A stretch of 64,000 nucleotides of DNA from Rhynchobatus australiae (lineage: Eukaryota), in assembly GCA_034780895.1 (NCBI GenBank), contig JAUZTB010000065.1, positions 28,853,724-28,917,723 on the forward strand, read 5' to 3'. Each line of letters opens with the position of its first letter. The stretch's first letter is position 1. Under the pieces are notes generated by a model. The model was not told where the DNA came from. It saw only the letters and a program-made list of their open reading frames with translations, and ran no database searches. The position numbers and the translations under genes were made by a program. Shown piece after piece: positions 1-10,247 of this stretch.

Positions 1-734
1 ACCTTTTTAAACACAGATGATGATAAACAATTAACTACAGTTTCAATGGCTCTAATGACCTACTTAATTTTAACATTTTGAATGTAGACAGGTAACTTTG
101 CAGAATTACATATTTACAATGGTCGCACATCCCAACTTCCCAACTAGCATAACTCCTTTGAATATTTAATACTGGTGGCTGGTCCCAGAGCTTCTGAGCA
201 CAAACTCTAGACACCCAAAATATATCTCTTTTTTTACAGTATTGATGGCTCCCTGAATATACAACTAGCCAGAATGTTAAGTGACAAAAAAAACCTGTGT
301 GAACTGTGCATTAAGTGGCAGGAATATGCCTTCAACAATATGTTAATACAGGAGATGGCCATTTAATGCCTTCCCTGATCATCCTGAAGTTTTCAATTAG
401 CACCAATTAACATGAACATTCATCTGTCGCCTTCCCCTGCATAGTTTCAATGATACAGAATCAGAATGCTCCACACCAAATGATTGGTTACAGAAGCCTT
501 AAAACATCAATTGTGAACAGGATTTATTTCCTGAAGACTGGTTCTCATTTTAATTAATGTCTGCTATCCATAATTTCAGTGAGTCCATAAATCACTGGTT
601 GAAGCTCAGCCAGTAAATCAAAGTTTAGCATTTATTCTGCATTTATACTTGTAGTCAGGGATCCAATATACAGATTTTTATTTTGTCATGTCATTATCAG
701 AGTTGCATGTGTATTTCCTGGATTTAATATTGAG

Positions 735-1230
735 TTGCCACTCTTGGCAGGATCTTCCCTCTCAGTCAGAAGATTACCATTCTAAATGCCACTTGAGAAA
801 CGTGATATACATTACTGAGAGAATGCTTCACTAATGGAGATGCTGTTTGTTGTATCCAATGTTAACCTGGGGCTACATGCAAATTCCTGAATTGGTGCAA
901 ATGACCCCACCGTACTATTTCAAAATGAAACCTAGATAATATTTACTCCCTGTACAACATCTGCAAAGTGGGTTATCAGATGAATGTCAGATCACTGCTG
1001 CTATAGTTCTAACAAAAGGTCTGACCTGAAATGTTGACTCTATTTGTCTTCCCAAAGATGTGGCCTGACCTGAGTATTTCTGTTTTCTATTTTTTAGATT
1101 TCCAGCATCTGCAGCTTTTTTGATTTTCACTGCTCATTATTGTCTGTCATCTTTTTTGTCACAAAATTACAAATGCTTGGGAACAACCTGTAAGTGTCAT
1201 GAAAATGATACATATAGCTGCAACTCTTCC
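735..1230 (+). mobile_element. Old Deu-domain SINE (SacSINE1/AmnSINE1-like), interrupted by a Penelope-derived fragment
   Basis: Degenerate Deu-core words (actgagagaatgcttcact…gatgctgt…atgttaacctgggg…gtactatttcaa…aatatttactccc) and a tail resembling gctttgggacgtcctgaggtcgtgaaaggcgctatataaatgcaag. Confidence 0.55.
1000..1126 (+). mobile_element. Penelope-derived terminal fragment with decayed hammerhead motif
   Basis: agttctaacaaaaggtctgacctgaaatgttgact…gatgtggcctgacctgagtatttc…agatttccagcatctgcag. Possible TSD TCACTGCT at 992-999 and 1127-1134. Confidence 0.65.
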
Positions 1231-2334
1231 TATGATCAATTTATTTTCACATTTCTAAAATTATACTATTTGCTTCTGTACTACCACTAGTTTTTGTTCT
1301 TTCTGGAAGGAACCAGTTCATTCTTTTTCCTTGGACCTTATCCATCATGTGTAGCCTGCTCTCCCTCTCCTACCTCTCCTGATCCAATATGATCCTCTTG
1401 TCTGTTTACACCATTTCCAAGGTTTGTGTCTTCTGCATACTTCAAAATTGCCCTCCAGTACCAAAGTCCAGACCAATAATACCAAAAATCCTTGGAACAC
1501 AACTTTGTGCTTCCCTCCAGTCTGAAATGCAATTGTTCATTTCTACTGTTTTTTGTCTTGCAGTCCATTTTGTATCTTGCTGATGCTGTTCTTCTCGCTT
1601 GCTATTATAGAACACACTTCCAAACATAGTTTGGAGGTTTATTTAGTGACTGCAACCTATTTCAATATTTCATAGAAGAACAAAGTCAAAGATATTTGGC
1701 TTTGTTAAACCCATGTTCATTATAATTTTCCTAGGATATAGAAATTGATAGCACCCAGGAAACTACAATGTGCCAGCCTGCTGTGAAATTTTAGCAGTAC
1801 TGCTGATACAAGCTTTCCACATGCAGTACCGGTTAAAGACATATTGTGGGGCTATAGTACAAGAGTTTCACTTGTGGAGCTGTTTCATGGTTATAGTTGA
1901 CCAGTTTTTAAGGCAATAATAAAATGTGCTCATTGGAACAAAAAATCACTTCGGTTAGATTAATAGCTTTTTACTTGGCAATTAAAATATTGAATTTTAC
2001 CCATGTGAACTTGCCTAGTGACCTTGAATGATGATTTTTCAGTAAGTTGCTCTTAAAGTTTGATCACTTGAAGTTAATTCTGATTTCCCCACTGCAGTAA
2101 CTTNNNNNNNNNNCGATCTTGTACTGAATTAAATAAAATCTCATACTCTATCTTTGCTCTCATTTTGGACATGGTGTACATTACTCACAGCTAAATCTAT
2201 CAAAATTAATCAGATTATTTACAAATTTAAAGTGATGCTGCCAGACCTGTACAAGAGACTACAGACATCAGTAAAGAAATCTCCATACTGGACCTGACCT
2301 TGCCAGACAGCCACAAAACAATATCACACAAAAT

Positions 2335-2836
2335 CTCTAATGAGAAAACTTGGAGGAACTCAGTCATTCAATTAGTATCTGTGGAGGGATAAGGATGGTT
2401 GAAGTTTTGGGTTGAGACCCTTGATTCAAGACCCAGCATGTAGAGGGAAGATGGTCAGTATAAAGAAGTGAGAGGGAGGTGTGAGATGGGGAGTGATTGG
2501 TGATGGGTGGAGCCAGGTGAAGTGGGAGATGATGGGCGGGTGGGGAAGTGAGGGGGGGTTTGAGACAGAGGATGGTGGGCAGTAGGTGGAAACATAAGGA
2601 GAAAAAATGAGGGAGTGGAGCCAGATGAGGGGGAAGGTGGAGACGGGCTGGAAGGTGAGGTGGAACCTGATAAGGGAGTGATGATGTGCAGATGGAACCA
2701 GATGGGGAGGGTAACTATTCTAGGTAACAGGGGAAATGGAAAAAATGAACAAAGGAGGAGCGAATCTAGGTGGATCTAGGAGTAGGAAAGGAACACTAAG
2801 AGTTACGTGAAATTGGAAAATTCTATGTATGACCAT
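2335..2836 (-). mobile_element. Penelope-derived repeat (purine-rich 3' region and terminal motif)
   Basis: tggaggaactcagt…tctgtggaggga…ttttgggttgagaccctt followed by a G/A-rich tract; the reverse complement of the copies at 21400 and 33200. Confidence 0.65.
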
Positions 2837-3254
2837 TTAAATTTTTCGGTTTAGGGNNNNNNNNNNNNNNNNNNNNNNNNNNNNNNNNNNNNNNNNNNNN
2901 NNNNNNNNNNNNNNNNNNNNNNNNNNNNNNNNNNNNNNNNNNNNNNNNNNNNNNNNNNNNNNNNNNNNNNNNNNNNNNNNNNNNNNNNNNNNNNNNNNNN
3001 NNNNNNNNNNNNNNNNNNNNNNNNNNNNNNNNNNNNNNNNNNNNNNNNNNNNNNNNNNNNNNNNNNNNNNNNNNNNNNNNNNNNNNNNNNNNNNNNNNNN
3101 NNNNNNNNNNNNNNNNNNNNNNNNNNNNNNNNNNNNNNNNNNNNNNNNNNNNNNNNNNNNNNNNNNNNNNNNNNNNNNNNNNNNNNNNNNNNNNNNNNNN
3201 NNNNNNNNNNNNNNNNNNNNNNNNNNNNNNNNNNNNNNNNNNNNNNNNNNNNNN

Positions 3255-3865
3255 GACACCACCTGTGCTATCCAGTTCCTCCTACACCTAGCCCCCCATC
3301 AGCCTGTTTTATTCCTCTTTTCCACTCCATCTGTCCATCACCCACACACTCCTCCCACTGGGTGTTCTCCCCCTATGGTTACCATTTGTTCACTTTCCTA
3401 TCAGATTCCATCATCTGCATCCCTTTGCCTCCACTATCACCTCCCAGCTTCTTTTGCTGTTTCCACTGTTCCCATTTGTGCATTTTGCATCTTTTCATGT
3501 TCCTTTGTCGATATCATAGCTTGTATTATATCATAGCTTGTATTATATCATAGCTTTTTGTTCCACTTTTCTCTCTCCTTAATTTCCTCCATTAACCTGT
3601 CCACCAGGTGACCACTACAACTTATCCCAATGGCAACCTGAGCCTCTCCCTATAAGAACAATTTTTTTTGTCCTATCTATCCCTTCCCTACCTTCTCTAC
3701 AACCTGACCCTAAATTGTTTTCTCTTTCCTAGTTCTGATGGAGGGTCATTGACCTGAACCATTAATTCTTCCTCTTTCCACAGATCTGACTGACTTGCTG
3801 AGTGTTTCTTGTATTGTCAGTTTTATTTCAGATTTCTGGCATCTACATTTTTTTGATTTTCATGA
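3255..3865 (+). mobile_element. Penelope-derived repeat(s)
   Basis: Pyrimidine-rich body, agttctgatggagggtcattgacctgaacc, then ctgacttgctgagtgttt…ttcagatttctggcatctac. Confidence 0.65.
3511..3556. repeat. 17-bp tandem repeat (atatcatagcttgtatt) x2.7
   Basis: Read directly from the sequence. Confidence 0.9.
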
Positions 3866-5616
3866 CTGAGAAATGTTTCTCGTGGGAACTGCATGTAAGC
3901 ATATGGGCTGCCAGACATCATTAGATACCATTAACATATCAGTCAGGGACAATTTAAAAAAAACTTCTTAGTAGTTTGCTTTGAGACAAAAAATAATTTT
4001 CATTATTCTTGGATATCGGCTTGACTTGCTGGTAAGTACAAATCTAATGAAGTTGCCTGCATGTATACACTTAAGCAAAATTATTCTGGGATTTCTGCAC
4101 TTTGTATAATCAAATGCACAAGTCCTAAACTTATTGATGTATTTAGAATGCTGAATGTTTGCTCTGCAGCTGATTGCAGTGTGAATTTTAGGTGTACAGG
4201 CAGAACATTCTCTTTCATTAAGTATTTTGGTTTTGTTTAATATTTTCTTTAGTGTCTTTTTAAAAATGCAGAGAGACTTTTTAAAAATGCAGTTNNNNNN
4301 NNNNNTGGCTGATGATACTTGTAAAGGGACTTCATGGGTTGGTTTCTTCATTGTGCCTTTGGAAGCCCTCCCAGCACAAAGACCTGAAGTCCTTGGCATT
4401 CAGACAGCAAGATCTGTCTTGACTAGACAAATACAAGTATGGTGTGACTGCAGCAGTGATAGCAGGCTTGTGTCAGCAATATCATTACTTCAACATCAAT
4501 TCGTATGACTTGTTTGTTAATTTATTTGTCCTCAAGCTGATGCTTAGCATTGTGAATAATTTTATAAGTAGTGCTTGAGGTTCGATAGTGGTATCAGCAA
4601 GCTTTTGCCCATGATGGGTATTGTACTGAACCTAATTATGTTCTTGTCCCTTGTTCACACCACCTCCTCCTGATGGGATCAACATCTTGGCACAAGGGAT
4701 TGGTGAAACCAGAGGGAATGCTATTTAGAATAACCTAATGCAATCCTGATTAGTTTCCTCAACAGCGTAATAGATCTGAGTAAATTATTACCATGTATTA
4801 CCACTTAGTTGTGACATTGTGGTAAATGTTTGTGGCATCTTTAAAATAAGAATGGAGATTGGTGATTTTGGCCAGGAAAAGTTATTTGTGTGGTATATTT
4901 TGTTGCAACTGTATTGAGTCTAAGTTAATTTTTCCAATTCGGTGACATGAGCCTGGAATCAGCCCTTGTACGTACACTTTCTGTCTAAATGGGAGGTTGA
5001 ACAATTAAAACACTAAAAGTGTATGGAAACACTTAATATTTTGTGGTCTGGTGATAATATACCACATGATATGTAATAGGTTTGAGTACAGTGTAAATGA
5101 AGAAATGCATGATAGTATTTAATAATTTATAAAGTAATTCAAATTGAATCCATTTTCAAAAGTAATCTGCAAAGCAATTAAAGTTATTTCATATTCTGTT
5201 ACTCAAAATTTTATTGTACTTTTTTGGTATAAAAAGTAATAGTAACATAGTCCCCTTGTTCAATTAGTAGGGCTGAAGTGAAGTTTTTCCCATTCTCCAT
5301 GTTTCCTTTATCCCCCGAACATTTCTTTAAGTTGTATGACCAAAGGGCACAAATTCTAATTAAGTCAGTAACTTCAGTTTATTTTATTCCTTTGATTGTT
5401 TTTGCCCTTGTCAATACTTAATACTGCCAGCTTTTGATCATTAGTACCTTTTAAAAATCAGATATACATGCAATATATTATCTTTCACATGTCAATGTAC
5501 TTTTCAAATGCAGTCACTTGTAATGTCAAACTTTGCAGCAATGTGTAAACAATTGGATGATTAATTAAGGGGTAAATGTTGGTGAGAACAATGAGAAGGA
5601 ATATTGCCATAGGCTT

Positions 5617-5715
5617 CAACACATACAAAATGCTGGAGGAACTCGGCTGGTCAGGCAGCGTCGATGGAGAAAAATAAATAGTTGACATTTTGGGTCAAGA
5701 CCCTTCATCAGGACT
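5617..5715 (-). mobile_element. 99-bp Penelope-terminal mini-insertion with 10-bp TSD
   Basis: CCATAGGCTT at 5607-5616 and 5716-5725 flanks the insert. The minus strand starts AGTCCTGATGAAGGGTCTTGACCCAAAATGTCAACT. Confidence 0.8.
5680..5715 (-). ncRNA. Decayed minimal type I hammerhead ribozyme motif (best copy)
   Basis: AGTC-CUGAUGA-AGGGUC/GACCC-AAAA-UGUC-AACU. Reverting CpG transitions gives AGUC CUGAUGA stemII GAAA CGUC GACU. Confidence 0.6.
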
Positions 5716-7001
5716 CCATAGGCTTGTTTACTTTGTGTAAGAAGGCAGACAGAATCTCAGTTCAAAATTTTGTCTGAAAAGATGGTATCTCTGACAGTTC
5801 TGCACATCCTCAATCTAGATTTTTGTTCTCAGGTCTCTGGGTTGGGGATATTAACCCACCACATTTTAACCTGAATGAGAATGGTATCAGATGAACCATG
5901 GCTAGCATAATCTATCTTCAGTATCTCAAAAACATGACAGAAATCTGTAAGTAGCACAGCTGAGGATGAGCTGTTGCAAATATTGGCATTCTGTTATGAT
6001 ATAGCATGTTGGGTCTTTGAGAATTGTCACCTTAACCTACTACAGTTTCTAAATTTTTTGCCTTCCTGTTCTTGATAATCTATACTCTAGTTTCCCTTTC
6101 AATCTTATCAAATGATTTGGAGATCTAAATGAACTAAGATGATAGGCAAATAAAATGTTTGCGCTTTGTTCCTTTTGAACTGTTGAAATACAACAGTCCT
6201 GTGCAGTTTTTGTCCTGAATTTGGGGTGTCTGGAAAAGCATGCTTTTGTTAACTATAGGGGCATGGTCACTGGTCATGAACACAGTAGTGCTGCCTGTGG
6301 AAGTCATTGGATGCAAAATTAATAACACTTAAGTTCTCAGCCTTGCATCAAATCAGATAAGGCTGTAAAGGGGGGGGGTTCTTTCTGAATCAGGGTGAAC
6401 TAGTGTTAGTAATGGGTATTTGTTATGGATGAATATCATGAGGTGATTAAATTTGTTTCTTGATTTGAGAGCAGTTTATAACTGACAGCTTGCATTAANN
6501 NNNNNNNNNNNNNNNNNNNNNNNNNNNNNNNNNNNNNNNNNNNNNNNNNNNNNNNNNNNNNNNNNNNNNNNNNNNNNNNNNNNNNNNNNNNNNNNNNNNN
6601 NNNNNNNNNNNNNNNNNNNNNNNNNNNNNNNNNNNNNNNNNNNNNNNNNNNNNNNNNNNNNNNNNNNNNNNNNNNNNNNNNNNNNNNNNNNNNNNNNNNN
6701 NNNNNNNNNNNNNNNNNNNNNNNNNNNNNNNNNNNNNNNNNNNNNNNNNNNNNNNNNNNNNNNNNNNNNNNNNNNNNNNNNNNNNNNNNNNNNNNNNNNN
6801 NNNNNNNNNNNNNNNNNNNNNNNNNNNNNNNNNNNNNNNNNNNNNNNNNTTTCCTTAGTGCACCAGCCAAGACTGAGATGCAACTAAGTTATTTTTTAAT
6901 GCTGCATTTATTTCAGTGTATTGAATTAGAATTCCTTTTGTAGTCTGAAATATTTTTAATATACCAGCAAATCTTTTTCTCCACCTTTTTTGTCCCCCTA
7001 G

Positions 7002-7199
7002 GCACAGAGCAATGGCCTCCTGGTGTGTCCCTGAAATATGTAGGAGGGGACCAATTTGGGCATGTTAACATGGTGATGGTCCGGTCACTGGAGCCTCAGG
7101 AAGTTACCGATGTCAGTGTTCAGATGCGAAGTCCAACTACGCCAGCAATGTACCAGGGGCAGTGGCGCATGTGTACAGCTACAGGGCTTTACTTTGGAG
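7002..7199 (+). CDS. ILRUN: ILRUN (C6orf106) internal coding exon, NBR1-like/FW domain part; phase 1-1
   Basis: Pyrimidine tract and AG (…tgtcccccTAG, 6999-7001), donor G|gtaatg at 7200, 198 bp. Translates (G)TEQWPPGVSLKYVGGDQFGHVNMVMVRSLEPQEVTDVSVQMRSPTTPAMYQGQWRMCTATGLYFG, nearly identical to recalled human ILRUN GAEAWPPGVCLKYVGGDQFGHVNMVMVRSLEPQEIADVSVQM…MYQGQWRMCTATGLYYG. Upstream exons were not seen in the window. Confidence 0.96.
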
Positions 7200-7605
7200 G
7201 TAATGAGATATAATGAAATGGCTACCTACAAATGATGGTTCACTTTTCTCCCTAAGTGCATCCGGTCCCTAAATTTTGAGGCTTCCGAGAAGTCGGGGGT
7301 TATTGTAAATGGCCAAATGAATCTGAGATTATGAACAATTAATTGTATTATTTTGGTATTTATATTCTGTGAATAGAGGGTGATCTAACATTCCTTTTTT
7401 TTGCCGCTTCTGATTAGAATTTGCTCGTGTATCCTAAATGCTTTGTCTGGTATTGTTTAGAAAATGTTTATGTGAACTGGAATTTTATTTTAAATATAAA
7501 ATGTTCTGAATTCTGTGAAGTTAGACTCGTGTACAAAGAGAGCTTCAGCTGCAAAAATAACAATTGCCAACCTAATCATAATTCCATGTTTTGTGTCACT
7601 CTCAG

Positions 7606-7934
7606 ATGTGATTTGGGTGATTCTGAGTGTTGAAATCGGAGGCCTTTTAGGAGTTACACAGCAGCTTTCTTCATTTGAAACAGAATTTTCTTCACAACCC
7701 TGTCGCAAGATTGAAGGCAATTTTAACCCTTTCGCTTCACCGCAGAAAAACCGGCAATCTGAAGACAACAGTGTGAAGGACCCCGGGGGCCAAAGTACAA
7801 ATGTCATTAGTAAAAATGCATGGGGCCCAACTGAAGACCAAAATGAACAAGATCAAAATGGACTGTCGCAGAACTCTGTAAATATCTCCCCTAACAGTCA
7901 CTCTAGCAACTTATCAGTGGTGACTTACAGTCAG
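7606..7934 (+). CDS. ILRUN: ILRUN penultimate coding exon; phase 1-0
   Basis: Acceptor ctcag| at 7605, donor CAG|gtaaat at 7935, 329 bp, in frame with the previous exon (G|AT = Asp). Translates DVIWVILSVEIGGLLGVTQQLSSFETEFSSQPCRKIEGNFNPFASPQKNRQ…NLSVVTYSQ, matching recalled ILRUN. Confidence 0.96.
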
Positions 7935-9945
7935 GTAAATACAGAATGATTGATTTATTTTGTTTGCCCCATTTCTATTTTTATATGCATGTGTGAGTGA
8001 CTTAAGAAGTTGAGAAATGGTGTGAAGAGCGAACCTTTCCATTTTGTATCATGAAGAACCACTGTAGATCCCTGTCTTAAGTCATTCTGTAGGCAGGGTA
8101 TAACGGAAGCCTGGCTATCTTTTAACTCATGGTGAAAGTAAACTTAACTGCAGAAGCAATTGCTGGATTAGTGGGGTTGCATTCAAATTTGATAGCTTTT
8201 CTCATCTTGTATTGTAAACTCATTGCAACTGGATTTAAACTATTCAGAGTGTTCTCTCCACTTCTGAGAGTTAAAAATATCATCTCTTTTCTTGGACTGT
8301 AAGTATGCATTGTATCAGTAAGCTTTCTCAATCCTTCCCTCCACCACTCCATGCTCCCCCACATATTCCCCTGAACAACATGTTTAAAGTTTTTGTGACC
8401 TGAAATTTGAAAGGATCCTTTGGGTACAGCTTTCTTGATAGTCAGAGGTGAACTATTCATTGCTACAGAGAGTGTTTGAATGCTTACCAGAGGCTGAAGA
8501 ACACATGTATGTTAATAGTGTTCTTTGAATAAAATAAAACAAAATCTGAACTCTGTTTTATAACTTAAGCTTCAATATTTTAATTCTTAATTGTCTTTTT
8601 CTGGTTTTGTATCTTGTCTATTTTCTTTCTTGTGCTACCCACTTCCATTGTGCTGAATCCTCTTTCTCTGATTCACTATCAAGCAATCCACCCATGGTCA
8701 AGCCTTTTCCTTTATTTGAGGTAGATCAGAATTAGCGTAAGAGAATTAACTTAGATTGCCTGTGATCTATCAGCTGCAATTCCAATTGATGACTGCACAA
8801 AAATGTTCTGGAACTCTTTTTTTTCAAGTGGAAAAGTGTGGCGAACCTATAAAACCCTGAAATGCTGCCTTCACAAATTATAAATGCTGATATTTAGCTT
8901 ATTCACCATTGAACATAGTAAATATTGGGAAGATTCATGTGGAATACTTGAGAGGTAGTTTTCCCTCTTGTAATCCTTCATGCCTTGAAGCAAAAAAAAC
9001 ATTTCAAACAATTAGAGGCTCTCAAATATCTGTTCAACACCTTTGGTTTCAGCTGTGTCAATATTAGTTTGAGGAGATGGTACCAGTAGCTTTTTCTCTT
9101 GATGTAAATGAAGAAAACAAAAATTCTTGGAATTCCTGTTCCTAAGCATGATCTAGTCACTGTGTTGCAAGGAGGTGAACAAGAGCTGGGGTCATTCTAT
9201 GAATTGTCTTTCAGATTAATAGGGTTGCAAGTGAATAAAACTGCTGATTGAGGTACAAGAGGACATCTGATGGCCATGAGCCATATCCCATTGTAAATTA
9301 TTGCTAGTTAAAATGATTGTGTTAAGAGGAGGGAGGGTGAGATCAAGAAGCAAGCTGTTGACTAAAGTTTTTTTTAAATAATTGGAATAAGAAAGCAAAA
9401 CATTTTTTGTCTTTTACATCTTTCTCCCAGAATTATTGAATTTGAAGCTTGAATCTGTAATTGAGGATATTTGGCAGAAATGAGACTTGAGCATCAGCTG
9501 ACATGTACCTGCACAAGTAAAACAAAGATTATTTGGGTTAGTCTTACATCGGTTCTTCATTCAGATATATTGTAACAACACTGTTAAAGTTTGTTAGTTA
9601 AATTAGCTAATAGTATTAGCAGGAGCAAAATGACCCATCTGTAACATTTCTGTGAAAGTTAGGAAACGCTGAAGGCAAAACTGAAATCAGCAATTTCCAA
9701 GAGGCCATTTGGCCCATCTTGTTATTTCCTAGTTTGAGGGTATTCTTAATAAAGCTGTTGTTTGAATTGCCAGCAAAAATCTTTGTGTCACATTGTAATT
9801 ACAATTTCCATCAGATGCTCCAAATCAAGTCCACTCAACAGCTGTNNNNNNNNNNNNNNNNNNNNNNNNNNNNNNNNNNNNNNNNNNNNNNNNNNNNNNN
9901 NNNNNNNNNNNNNNNNNNNNNNNNNNNNNNNNNNNNNNNNNNNNN

Positions 9946-10247
9946 AATTCATGCAAAAAATCAGAAATTTCTAAAATGGATAAACAAAAACAATAAATAT
10001 ATAATATACTAGTTTGTATCATATTATTATTTTAAAAATAATCAATCTGTGTCTCCTCTCCCAGGATGAAGACGATCCTGCTACTCCTCATCCTCACCTC
10101 ATGTCTCTGTGGTCAGTTTGGACCTTCAGGTTCAGTCCAGAACATTCAGTTCTTGTTGTAGATGCAGTTTCAAGCCTCCCATGTTCCAGTTGTCAGTGTG
10201 TCTGCTCCTCTCTGTCTCCTCAGCAGCAACATCTGTAGTGAAAGTGA
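9946..10247 (+). other. Foreign-looking gene fragment: signal-peptide exon, short intron and start of next exon, resembling teleost V-set Ig-domain genes
   Basis: Acceptor ctctcccag|G, ATG at 10066, MKTILLLLILTSCLC, G|gtcag donor at 10112, acceptor tctcctcag| at 10223, then AATSVVKV before the frame runs to a stop. Starts immediately after a 100-N gap. Confidence 0.6.

Larger units (their letters stand above)
5560..5905 (-). mobile_element. Old Deu-domain SINE, split by the 99-bp insertion
   Basis: Reverse-strand Deu words: gaaaagatggtatctctgacagttctgcacatcctca…ctagatttttgttctcaggtctctgg…aacccaccacatt. Confidence 0.55.

Noticed and set aside
10065-10238. DEDDPATPHPHL… as a phase-0 alternative last exon of ILRUN
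   Set aside because: The same DNA is better explained in another frame as a foreign leader exon plus intron.
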